Positions 49,103 to 58,007 of a stretch of DNA of 64,000 nt are shown piece by piece. Position 1 is the stretch's first letter; the number at the start of each line of letters is the position of its first letter. The notes under the pieces are model-generated. The model was not told the DNA's origin, did no database searches, and worked only from the letters and a program-made list of their open reading frames with translations. The position numbers and the translations under genes were made by a program. Source of the DNA: Myxococcota bacterium (lineage in GTDB: Bacteria; Myxococcota_A; Polyangia; Polyangiales; Sandaracinaceae); contig JAYZQJ010000133.1 of the NCBI GenBank assembly GCA_036149055.1, positions 32,001-96,000 on the forward strand, written 5' to 3'.

Positions 49103-49582
49103 ATGAAGGGCGATCCCGACGTCATCGAGCTGCTCAACGAGGTCCTCACGGCCGAGCTGACGGCGATCAACCAGTACTTCATCCACGCGAAGATGTGTGA
49201 GAACTGGGGGTATCACCGCCTCGCGAAGAAGAAGCGGCACGAGTCCATCGAGGAGATGCACCACGCCGACTGGGTCATCGAGCGCATCCTGTTCCTCGAC
49301 GGCGTGCCGAACATGCAGCGCCTCTTCCCGGTGCGGGTCGGCGAGAACGCCGTCGAGCAGCACGAGCTGGACCTCGCGGTCGAGGTCGAGGCGCGCGAGC
49401 GGCTGAACAAGGGCATCGCGCTCGCCCGCTCCAAGAGCGACAACGGGACCGCGGACCTGCTCGAGAAGATCCTCGAGAACGAGGAGGAGGGGATCGACTG
49501 GCTCGAGTCCCAGCTCCACGTCATCAGCGAGATCGGCAAGGAGCGCTACCTCGCCGAGCAGATGGGCCACGACGAGGAGTGA
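49103..49582 (+). CDS. bfr: Bacterioferritin
   Basis: MKGD, ELTAINQYFIH, ESIEEMHHAD, IERILFLDG.PN. Confidence 0.95.
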   Translation: MKGDPDVIELLNEVLTAELTAINQYFIHAKMCENWGYHRLAKKKRHESIEEMHHADWVIERILFLDGVPNMQRLFPVRVGENAVEQHELDLAVEVEARERLNKGIALARSKSDNGTADLLEKILENEEEGIDWLESQLHVISEIGKERYLAEQMGHDEE

Positions 49583-51148
49583 TCACCGGCGGCGCGCGAG
49601 CAAGCCGAGGAGCGCCAGGAGCGCCCACGGCGCCGCGCGCCGCGATCCGGTGGCCCGGCAGCCGCAGCCGCCGCCCTCCTCGCTCGCCGCGCCCCCGCCG
49701 TCCACGCCGCTCCCCGCGTCTCGCGGAGGTGTGGACGCGTCGACCGGCGGCCTGATCCCGGCGTCGCCTTCGGGCTCGACGCCCGGCTCGTGCCACTCGT
49801 AGGCCCCGACGTCGACGCCGGCCCCCTGCGGCCGCGCGATGCCGTCGAGGTCCGTCGCCGGGGCGCCGTCCTCGGTCCCGACGTCGATGGCCGGCGATCC
49901 CGGGAGGAGGTGCAGATCCCACGGCGCGGCCGGCCCGACGAAGAGCGCCGCCGGATCCTCGATGAGCAGGTTGTGGTCCTCGACCACGCCGTCTCCCTCG
50001 TTCGCGAGCGCGGTGACGAGGTTGTTCCGCACCACCCCGTCGCTCTCCCGGCCGTCCTTGTGGGGCGCGATCTGGATCCACGGCGGCCCGGGCCGCTCAC
50101 CGTTCGGGTCGACCACGGTGTTGTTGACCACCCGCGCGTTGCGCGCCCCGAGCAGCGTGATGCCGTGCCAGTGATCGGTGACGATCACGTTGTTCTCGAC
50201 CACCCAGTCCACGAAGAAGCCGTCGAAGCAGCCGATCCCCTGCAGCGGCCCACGGAGCGGCTGGTCCGCGTCCTCGTAGTTGACGATCACGTTGCCGCGG
50301 AGGGTCATGCCCCGCACCTCCCCGGTGCCGACGCCGCCCTCCCCCACCGACCAGCTCTGGAAGCCGTCGTCGTGGTTGTCGTCGACGTCGTAGCAGTTCG
50401 CCACGTAGTTGTGCTCGAAGGTCGAGTCGTCCCCGAGCCCGCGCAGACCGTCGCCGGAGAAGTTGCGGATGGAGTTCCGGGACACCAGCGTCCGGTCGCC
50501 GCTCGCCGAGATGCCGAAGCGCACGTTGGTCAGCGTGTTGCCGCGCACGATCACGTCTCGCGAGTCGGTCGAGATGCCGCTGCACGCCCGCGCGACCCAG
50601 TCGTCCGCGCTCCAGCCGGACACGTCTCGCACCGTGAACACCTCGTTGTCTTCGATCACCACGTCGAAGCTCGGGCCCCGGAAGCCGTGGTCCTCGACCT
50701 CGACGATCGTCACCCGCTCGAAGGGCTCGGCGTACGAAGGGCTCAAGGAGACCCCGCGCAGCACCCAGCCGCTCGAGGCGCGGAAGAGCGCGCGCCGCAG
50801 CGTGGGCGTCGCGCCGTCCATGGGCGCGATCGTGATCGGGGCCGCGTTGTGCATCGACTCGACGACCAGCTCGCCGTGGTGCCCGGAGCCCAGCAGGATG
50901 CGGTCGCCGGGGCCGATGGGCGCGCCCGGATTCACCGGCTCCAGCGCCGCGCCGTCCGCGTACGGCAGCGACGCCCAGTTGCGGCTCTCGATCAGGTCCG
51001 CCTCGACGACCTCCTGCAGCGTTCGCCAGGGGCGCGCCGCGCTTCCGTCGCCGTCGGGGCTGCCGGAGGCGGGGTCGACGTAGAAGTCCTCCGCGCTCGC
51101 GAGGGCGGGGCAGAGCCAGACGGCGAGGAGGAGGCAGGTCACGCGCAT
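49583..51148 (-). CDS. Secreted right-handed beta-helix protein with MYXO-CTERM-like tail
   Basis: DGSAARPWRTL, NFSGDGLRG, NHDDGFQSW, SPAIDVG, VDVGAYE, GCGCR...LLALLGLLARRR. Confidence 0.8.
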   Translation of the reverse strand: MRVTCLLLAVWLCPALASAEDFYVDPASGSPDGDGSAARPWRTLQEVVEADLIESRNWASLPYADGAALEPVNPGAPIGPGDRILLGSGHHGELVVESMHNAAPITIAPMDGATPTLRRALFRASSGWVLRGVSLSPSYAEPFERVTIVEVEDHGFRGPSFDVVIEDNEVFTVRDVSGWSADDWVARACSGISTDSRDVIVRGNTLTNVRFGISASGDRTLVSRNSIRNFSGDGLRGLGDDSTFEHNYVANCYDVDDNHDDGFQSWSVGEGGVGTGEVRGMTLRGNVIVNYEDADQPLRGPLQGIGCFDGFFVDWVVENNVIVTDHWHGITLLGARNARVVNNTVVDPNGERPGPPWIQIAPHKDGRESDGVVRNNLVTALANEGDGVVEDHNLLIEDPAALFVGPAAPWDLHLLPGSPAIDVGTEDGAPATDLDGIARPQGAGVDVGAYEWHEPGVEPEGDAGIRPPVDASTPPRDAGSGVDGGGAASEEGGGCGCRATGSRRAAPWALLALLGLLARRR

Positions 51149-51205
51149 GGGCCGAGGATACCCCGGGCGCGGGTCTCGACCGCACGCCTGGGCTACGGTT
51201 CGCGC

Positions 51206-51739
51206 ATGTATCGGATCACCAAAGGGATCCACGTGCACTTCGCGCATCACGTGCGAGGTCACCGTGGCGCCTGCATCTCGCTCCACGGGCACACCTGGAA
51301 GCTCGAGGTCACCGTGGCCGCGGCGGAGCTCGACGACGAGAGCTTCGTCGTCGACTTCGCGGTGATGAAGCGCGAGGTGCTCCAGCCGGCGCACCTCCTC
51401 CTCGACCACAGCCTCGCGATCGGAGAGGCGACCTGGGGCGAGACGAAGGGCGAGCTCGCCGCGCTCGGCAACCTCCTCGTCGACTCGCGGCAGCACACCA
51501 TGGGCAGCCGCGGCGAGCTCCAGCCCCACCTCGAGGGCGAGCTCGCGGGCGCGCGCAACGAGCTGCCCGGCGACATCAAGATCGCCGTGTTCCCGTTCGC
51601 CCCCACCTCGGAGACCCTGGCCCGCTGGCTCTACGAGCTCGCCGAGCAGCGCCTCGCGGACGACCGGGTCTCCGTCGTGAACGCCCGGATCTACGAGGCG
51701 CTGCACCCGGTCGAGACCTGGGCCGAATGGTCGCCCTGA
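51206..51739 (+). CDS. queD: 6-carboxy-5,6,7,8-tetrahydropterin synthase (PTPS/QueD family)
   Basis: FAHH, CISLHGHTW (CxxxHGH), VVDF, LDH, PTSETLA. Confidence 0.75.
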   Translation: MYRITKGIHVHFAHHVRGHRGACISLHGHTWKLEVTVAAAELDDESFVVDFAVMKREVLQPAHLLLDHSLAIGEATWGETKGELAALGNLLVDSRQHTMGSRGELQPHLEGELAGARNELPGDIKIAVFPFAPTSETLARWLYELAEQRLADDRVSVVNARIYEALHPVETWAEWSP

Positions 51740-51781
51740 TCCGCCATATTCTCGTCACTTGACGACAGAATCGTCTGCCGT

Positions 51782-52318
51782 ATGCCTCCCGGGCAGATGA
51801 TTCGGCTAGACGACACCGATCGGCAGATCCTGGCGATCCTGCAGCGGGACGCGCGGACGAGCCTCGCGGCGCTCGCGGAGGCGGTGGGGCTGACCGCCAC
51901 GCCGCTCCGCGCGCGGCTCGACCGGCTGGAGGCCGACGGGGCGATCCGCGGCTACCACGCCGACGTCGACCCGACCCTGGTGGGCCGGCCGGTGCGGGCG
52001 TTCGTGCACGTCACGATGAAGGACCAGGGGCTCGACCACCACGAGCGCTTCGTGCGCGAGGTGGCGGAGCTGCCGTCGGTGGTCAGCGTGCATCACATCG
52101 CGGGGGAGGAAGACTTCATCCTCGAGGTCCTCTTCGAGGACATGGGCTCGGTGCGCACCTTCCTGCTGGAGAAGCTCGGGTCGATCTCGAGCATCGGCAG
52201 GGTGAAGACGAGCTTCGTGCTCGACTCGCCGAAGCACCGCGCGCCCGTGCCGCTCACCGGGGACCTCGAGCCGGAACGACCCAGGAAGAAGCGCAAGAAG
52301 CGCGGAGGTGGATCGTGA
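51782..52318 (+). CDS. Lrp/AsnC family regulator
   Basis: LDDTDRQILAILQRDAR, GAIRGY, IAGEEDF, VKTSFVL; true start may be 51797. Confidence 0.9.
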   Translation: MPPGQMIRLDDTDRQILAILQRDARTSLAALAEAVGLTATPLRARLDRLEADGAIRGYHADVDPTLVGRPVRAFVHVTMKDQGLDHHERFVREVAELPSVVSVHHIAGEEDFILEVLFEDMGSVRTFLLEKLGSISSIGRVKTSFVLDSPKHRAPVPLTGDLEPERPRKKRKKRGGGS

Positions 52319-52938
52319 GCGTCGCGGCGTTCGGTGCGCTCTGTGTCTCGTCCCTCTTCACCGTGATCGACCCGCTGGGCGTGGCGCCCATCTTCGCGTC
52401 GATGACGGCCAAGGCGGACGCATCCGCGCGGCGACGGACCGCGCTGAAGGCGGTGCTGACCGCGCTGTGCGTGCTCGCGCTCTTCGCGATGAGCGGCTCG
52501 GCGCTGCTCCGCCTCTTCGGCGTGACCATCGAGGCGTTCCAGATCGCCGGCGGCATCCTCTTCGCGCTGCTCGGGCTGACGATGCTGAACGGCTCGACCG
52601 CCCGCCCCGCCGCCGACGAGGCGGAGCCCGCGGAGGATCCCAGCGTCGTCCCCCTCGGCGTGCCGCTCATCGGCGGCCCGGGCGCGATGACGACGGTGAT
52701 GGTGCTGACCGGTCAGGCGGAGACGCCCGCCCACGTCGGCATGCTCGCCGGCGCGGTCCTGGTCGTGCTCGGCCTGACCTGGGCGGTGCTCGCGATGGCG
52801 CCCTCCCTCTTCGCCCGCCTCGGCCCGCAGGGCGTCGCGCTCACCACCAAGATCATGGGCCTGGTGGTGCTCGTCATCGGCGTGCAGTTCGTGATCAACG
52901 GCGTCGTCCCCGTCGCCCGCGCGATCATCAGCCCCTGA
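52315..52938 (+). CDS. MarC family membrane protein
   Basis: IDPLG..PIF, AFQIAGGIL, VPLGVPLIGGPGA, KIMGL. Confidence 0.9.
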   Translation: MSVAAFGALCVSSLFTVIDPLGVAPIFASMTAKADASARRRTALKAVLTALCVLALFAMSGSALLRLFGVTIEAFQIAGGILFALLGLTMLNGSTARPAADEAEPAEDPSVVPLGVPLIGGPGAMTTVMVLTGQAETPAHVGMLAGAVLVVLGLTWAVLAMAPSLFARLGPQGVALTTKIMGLVVLVIGVQFVINGVVPVARAIISP

Positions 52939-53929
52939 AGCGGACGCGGTTGTAGGCGACGACGGCGTGATTGAAGCCGTCGACCGTGGACTGGAAGGCG
53001 CGCTGCAGCAGCCGGAGGACCGGGTGCGGGTTGTCTCGGACGTAGCGCATGAAACGAAGCTGCCCGCGCAGCATGTCCTCGGTCTCTCGCACGTAGGTGG
53101 CGAAGCCCTCGGGTAGGTGCTCGCCCTGCGCCGGTCGGTACCCCTGGATCCTCTCGATCTCCTGCTCGAAGACCGTCACCGCGGACACGTAGGCCTCCCG
53201 GTCGGAGGCCGGGATCGCGCCGGTCCGGTCGAAGGTCAGGATCAGCGCCTGCCCCTGGTCGAGGAGCTGTCGCCCCCGGAACATCGTGCGCTCGACGAGG
53301 AACGCGCCTCTCCGAAGTGGGTCCGTCTCGAGCTCCGCGAGTCGCAGCTCCATGCGCCTCCGCTCCACCACGTCGAGCTCCGCGCTGAACGCCCGCTCCG
53401 CCTCTTCGTAGGACCGGATCGCGGGCATGAGGCGGGCGTGGATCTCGCGCCCGCGGGCGAGACCATCGTCGCGGAAGCTCCCGCGCTGATAGTACGGGTC
53501 CAGCTCACGAAGGATGGGCACCAGCCGCTCGACCTGGGTCGCATAGGCCTCCCCCGTCCGCTCGAGCTCGGGCATCGAAGGGGCCATCGCCGCCGCGCGG
53601 GTGTGAGCGCGCCGGCAGAGCGAGGTGTCCACGCGGGGATCGAGCCGCGGCGGCCCATTGCGCGGCACGTCCTGGACGTCCGGGCCGGTGCGCTGGATGA
53701 ACTCGCGGTACCTCGTCGTGGAACGCTCGATCGAGTCCCGCACCCGGTTGTAGCAGTCTCCGATGTAGACGTTGGTCTTCTCGGTCTGCTGTCCGAGTCG
53801 GTCCACTTCGGTGGGCGCAGCGTTGGTGGGCGGAGTCGGGCCGGGCGGATCGTCGCCGCCGAACGGAAGGGTACAGCCGAGGACGCCGAGGACGGCGAGG
53901 AAGACGACGAGACGGGACGTGGTGCGCAT
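52928..53929 (-). CDS. YiiG/DUF3829-like lipoprotein
   Basis: VLGC lipobox, KTNVYIGDCYN, YYQRGSFRDD, FNHAVVAYN. Confidence 0.65.
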   Translation of the reverse strand: MRTTSRLVVFLAVLGVLGCTLPFGGDDPPGPTPPTNAAPTEVDRLGQQTEKTNVYIGDCYNRVRDSIERSTTRYREFIQRTGPDVQDVPRNGPPRLDPRVDTSLCRRAHTRAAAMAPSMPELERTGEAYATQVERLVPILRELDPYYQRGSFRDDGLARGREIHARLMPAIRSYEEAERAFSAELDVVERRRMELRLAELETDPLRRGAFLVERTMFRGRQLLDQGQALILTFDRTGAIPASDREAYVSAVTVFEQEIERIQGYRPAQGEHLPEGFATYVRETEDMLRGQLRFMRYVRDNPHPVLRLLQRAFQSTVDGFNHAVVAYNRVRFRG

Positions 53930-53982
53930 GAGCTCTCCTCTCGAGGCGCCCCATCGCGCCTCCGGCGCCCAGGTTGCGTGGC

Positions 53983-54390
53983 TCAGCGCGGGGGGGCGCC
54001 GATCGCGGCGAGGTGGCCGGCGAAGCGGGCGGCGACCTCGGCGCGGGCGAGCAGCTCGAGGCGCCGGCCGAGGCGAGGCGAGGCGCGGAAGAGACGCTGG
54101 AGCTCTCGCGCCTCCTCGCCGGCCCGTCGGGACGCGGCGCGGACCGCCATCCGGTCGAGCACGTGCTGCACCCGGGCGCCGGCGTGCGCGCCCCGGATGC
54201 CGGGCGACCACAGCACGTCGAGCACGTGCCGCCGCCCCTCCTCGAGCCCTCGCTGCCAGGCCTCGATCGCCCCGGGCAGCGTCGCCTCGTCCGCGTGCGC
54301 GGCCGGCATGGGGAGACGCAGCGGCGCGTCGTAGTGTCGGGAGAGCTCGAGCAGCTCCGCCGGGGAGGAGGCGTCTTCGAGGGACCGCAT
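53983..54390 (-). CDS. Hypothetical protein
   Basis: ORF with coding-like codon usage; no motif. Confidence 0.45.
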   Translation of the reverse strand: MRSLEDASSPAELLELSRHYDAPLRLPMPAAHADEATLPGAIEAWQRGLEEGRRHVLDVLWSPGIRGAHAGARVQHVLDRMAVRAASRRAGEEARELQRLFRASPRLGRRLELLARAEVAARFAGHLAAIGAPPR

Positions 54391-54517
54391 CGCGCCCGTT
54401 CGAGGGTAGCCCCTCCGCGTGCACGCCGAAAGCACGGTTCGGACGTCTCACGACAGGGAGGTTGACCGCGCAGCCGATGAAATTGTCGCGGAGCGCCTCG
54501 TTCGGCAGGCTGCCGCC

Positions 54518-55906
54518 ATGCTCAGGACGTCGTTCCTCCTGCTCCTGCTCTCCTTCCCCGCCGTCGCGCACGCCGGGCCGATCGCGGAGCTGCCACCCGG
54601 CGAGTGGTACCGGATCCCGAACAGCCGCATGGACGCCGTCGCCTTCGAGTGGTCTCCCCGCACCCCCGGGCGCACGCGGGGCATCATGCAGGCCTGGGGC
54701 GGGGGCGCCTACGACACGCGCGAGGAGCGCCTCCTGGTGCACGGCGGCGGGCACGGTGACTACGGCGGCTCGGAGGTCTACGCGATGGACCTCGACGTCG
54801 CCGAGGAGCGCCCGGGCGACAACCCCTGGGCGCGGCTGTCGGACCCCGACGCCTACGACGCGCTCGACCCCGACTGCGCCAACGAGGACAACCTCACCGA
54901 CGGCGACCATCGCCGCTCCCAGCACACCTACGGGCGGCTGGCCTACCTGCCGAGCCGGCACGCGCTCTGCGACACCGGCGGGTCGATCGGCTACGTCTAC
55001 TGCCCGGCGCTGCGGCAGCTCGACTGCTTCGATCTGACGACGAACGCCTGGACGCTCGGCCTCGCGGAGGGGCGCGCCTCGGGGACCGGCTCGACCGGCG
55101 CGGTGCACCCCGAGACCGGCGAGTGGTGGCTGCAGGGCGGGTCGGGCTCGGGGCTCCTCGGGCGGCTCGACCCGGACACGCTCACGTGGACCTACGGCCA
55201 CTACGACAACGTCCCCGGCTCCAGCCCGCGGAACCTGACCGCGGCCATCGACCCGAGCCGCGGGCTCTTCGTCGCGATCGGCTCGGGCCGCATGTGGGTG
55301 CTGCCCCTCGAGAGCTTCGCGCCGGACGAGACGGAGCTGAGCGAGCACGCGGTGACGCCCTCGGGGGACGCCTCGATCCTCGACGCCAGGGCCCCCGGGC
55401 TCGCCTACGACCCGGTCTCGGATCGCATGGTCGCCTGGGACGGCGGCGCCGACGTCTTCCTGCTCGACCTCGACACGATGACCTGGAGCCGCGAGACGAT
55501 GGGCGGCGAGCCGCCGGGCGACGCGGCCAACAACGGCACGTACGGGCGCTTCCAGCGCTCGCCGCGCTACGGCGTCTTCGTGGTGGTGAGCGACACCGGC
55601 GAGGACGTCTACGCCCTGCGCCTGCCGGGCACGCCGCTCCCGGAGCCCGACGCGGGCGTGGCCGACCCCGACGCCGGGACACCGTGGACCGACGCGGGCG
55701 CGCCCAGTGCGGACGGAGGCCCGGACGCGGGCTCGCACGCCGTGGTGGACGCGGGCGACGGCGAGACGCGGACGGAGAGCGGCTGCGGCTGCGCCATCCC
55801 CGGATCCGCGCCGTCGACCTCGTGGCTCGGCGGGCTGCTCCTCCTGGGCCTCGCTCAGCGGCGGGCGCGGAGGCGGTGGAAGTCGCCGGCGACGTCGGCC
55901 AGGTAG
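54518..55906 (+). CDS. Secreted Kelch-like beta-propeller protein with MYXO-CTERM-like tail
   Basis: Signal peptide; AWGGGAYD, HGGGHGDYGGSEVY, HTY, GTYGRF; GCGCAI...LLLLGLAQRR. Confidence 0.7.
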   Translation: MLRTSFLLLLLSFPAVAHAGPIAELPPGEWYRIPNSRMDAVAFEWSPRTPGRTRGIMQAWGGGAYDTREERLLVHGGGHGDYGGSEVYAMDLDVAEERPGDNPWARLSDPDAYDALDPDCANEDNLTDGDHRRSQHTYGRLAYLPSRHALCDTGGSIGYVYCPALRQLDCFDLTTNAWTLGLAEGRASGTGSTGAVHPETGEWWLQGGSGSGLLGRLDPDTLTWTYGHYDNVPGSSPRNLTAAIDPSRGLFVAIGSGRMWVLPLESFAPDETELSEHAVTPSGDASILDARAPGLAYDPVSDRMVAWDGGADVFLLDLDTMTWSRETMGGEPPGDAANNGTYGRFQRSPRYGVFVVVSDTGEDVYALRLPGTPLPEPDAGVADPDAGTPWTDAGAPSADGGPDAGSHAVVDAGDGETRTESGCGCAIPGSAPSTSWLGGLLLLGLAQRRARRRWKSPATSAR

Positions 55907-57510
55907 AGCTCCAGGCGCCCGTAGCCGGCCTCGTTCACCACGTCGGCGGGCGGCTCCCAGTCGAGCGGCACGCCGTCGGCGTCGAGCGTGGCCGGGTCGC
56001 GGCGCTCCGACGAATAGTCCGGGAAGACGAAGGTGGCGCTGTCGCCGAGGCCGCCGTCGCCGGGGCGCTCGGAGATGAAGCTCGGGCCGCCGCCCTCGCG
56101 GGCCCAGCCCAGGTACCGCGCGTCGATGGGGTCGGCGACGGAGCGCGTTCCGTCCGCCGCGAAGCGCACCGCCGAGCCGCAGTCGCCGAGCACGTCGTCT
56201 TTCACCTCCTCGACCGGCGTCAGCGTGATCGGGAAGGTCGCCTCCGGGGCGCGCTCCGAGCGCCGGGCCTCGTCCGAGACCGGCGCGTCGGCGCGACCGT
56301 ACGAGGAGTCGCGGAAGTGCGTGAGCATCGGCCAGGCGTCGTCGGACGGGTCGAGGAAGACCGACCCGTCGCGATCGAGGATCAGGTTCTCGGCGATGAA
56401 GAAGTTGGCCGCGACGGGCACCGGGGGCGACAGGTTGTAGAAGTCGTTGAAGTCGAACTTGTGCATGCGCGTGAAGTCCAGCGCCTGGTTGTAGGGCGCG
56501 GCCTCGTACACGTTGCGATAGAGGTCGATCGGCTGGTTGCCGTTGGTGTGGCGGCTCATGCGCGAGTACCAGCCGTAGACGTAGTTGTTGACCACGTGGT
56601 CGGCGATCTCGCCGTTGCCCGAGGTGTTGTAGAAGCGGTGCGTCAGGCCGATGAACGCGTTGTGGTGGTTGGAGAAGCCCTCCCACGCGGCCCACATCTC
56701 GGCGCGCTCGCTCTCGGGGAACTGCGAGCGCACCCAGTCCATCTGGATGCCCCCGACCCCGCCGGTGTTGTGACCGGCCACGCCCTCGTGGAGGAGGCTG
56801 CGCTGGGTGGTCGCCCGGCCTCCCCGGCGCGTGCGGCGGTTCGCCTTGGAGGGAGATCCGCCGACGTAGCTGCCGAAGCCGCCGGTGTAGTGGTCGATGA
56901 TGATGTCGTAGACCCCCTCGAGGGTCATCGGGTTGTGCCGGGTCCCGTCGTTCTCCCACTGCCGCCAGCCGTACTCCACCGAGATGAAGCGGATGATCAC
57001 GTTCTCCACTTCGGAGAAGTAGAGACGGCAGTCGCGCGTGGCATCGGCCCCGCGGATGTGCACGCCGCCGAGGTCGTTCGCGGTCTCGCCGGCGATCGTG
57101 AGGTCGCCGCTGTCGACGTAGAGGAGCGAGTCGAGCACGAACGCGCCGCCGACGAGGAAGTAGACGATGCGCGGGTAGTCCTGCTGGAGCGCCCAGCGGA
57201 GCGAGCCCTCCTCGCCGGTGTCCTCGGTGGTCGTGACGAAGAGCACACGGCCGCCGCGGCCGCCCGTCGCCTCCGCGCCGTAGCCCTCGGCGGTGGGGAA
57301 CGCCTTGAGGTCACGCAGCACGATCGGCGGAGGCCCGCCGTCCTCGCCGACCGTCGCGTCGACCCGCGGGGAGGCGTCGCCGCGCCCCCCGTCCAGCGCC
57401 TCGGCGTCGGTCGACGTCGCACCGTCGCGCGCGCCCGCGTCCGGGTCGTCGCCCGCGTCGCAGGCGAGGAGCAGACAGCTGGCGAGCGCGGCGAGCACGA
57501 GGCGAGACAT
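55855..57510 (-). CDS. Pectate lyase (PL1-like) lipoprotein
   Basis: LLAC lipobox; AFPTAEGYG..ATGGRGGRV, GSLRWAL, TIAGETA, NVIIRF, IIDH, VNNYVYGW. Confidence 0.75.
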   Translation of the reverse strand: MSRLVLAALASCLLLACDAGDDPDAGARDGATSTDAEALDGGRGDASPRVDATVGEDGGPPPIVLRDLKAFPTAEGYGAEATGGRGGRVLFVTTTEDTGEEGSLRWALQQDYPRIVYFLVGGAFVLDSLLYVDSGDLTIAGETANDLGGVHIRGADATRDCRLYFSEVENVIIRFISVEYGWRQWENDGTRHNPMTLEGVYDIIIDHYTGGFGSYVGGSPSKANRRTRRGGRATTQRSLLHEGVAGHNTGGVGGIQMDWVRSQFPESERAEMWAAWEGFSNHHNAFIGLTHRFYNTSGNGEIADHVVNNYVYGWYSRMSRHTNGNQPIDLYRNVYEAAPYNQALDFTRMHKFDFNDFYNLSPPVPVAANFFIAENLILDRDGSVFLDPSDDAWPMLTHFRDSSYGRADAPVSDEARRSERAPEATFPITLTPVEEVKDDVLGDCGSAVRFAADGTRSVADPIDARYLGWAREGGGPSFISERPGDGGLGDSATFVFPDYSSERRDPATLDADGVPLDWEPPADVVNEAGYGRLELYLADVAGDFHRLRARR

Positions 57511-57625
57511 CGCGTCAGCGTGACCGCGCCCGCCGCGCGCCGACAACCCACGAATCGTACGCTGACCGGGAGCCTCGGGGAGGGGGCCGGCTAAGACTGG
57601 GCTACCGCGCTGCTAGACTGGGAGC

Positions 57626-57997
57626 ATGTCCGGGCCGGCGTCCCCGCTCCGCATGACCGCGGCCGAGTATCTCGCCTGGGAGCGCGAGCAGCCCGAGAAG
57701 CACAACCCGAGCGTCGTGGTGGAGGTGCTCTCGCCGAGCACCGAGCGCTACGACCGCGGCGAGAAGTGGCGCGCGTACCAGCGCCTCGGCTCCCTGCGCG
57801 ACTACCTGCTCGTCTCGCAGGCCGAGGCCCGCGTGGAGCACTACCAGCGCACCGACGGAGGCTGGCGCTACCGCGCGCTCGGCGAAGGGGAGCGAGTGGA
57901 GCTGACCGGCGGCTCGTTCCTGGTCGACGACCTCTACCGCGGCGCCTTCGACTACCCGGGCGACGAGCCCCCCGAGACCCCCGACCCGGACGCGTGA
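57626..57997 (+). pseudogene. Uma2 family endonuclease with internal in-frame deletion
   Basis: MTAAEYLAWEREQPEKH joined directly to NPSVVVEVLSPSTERYDRGEK...Y; central segment including the PD motif is absent. Confidence 0.7.
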
Positions 57998-58007
57998 AGC
58001 CGGGCGC

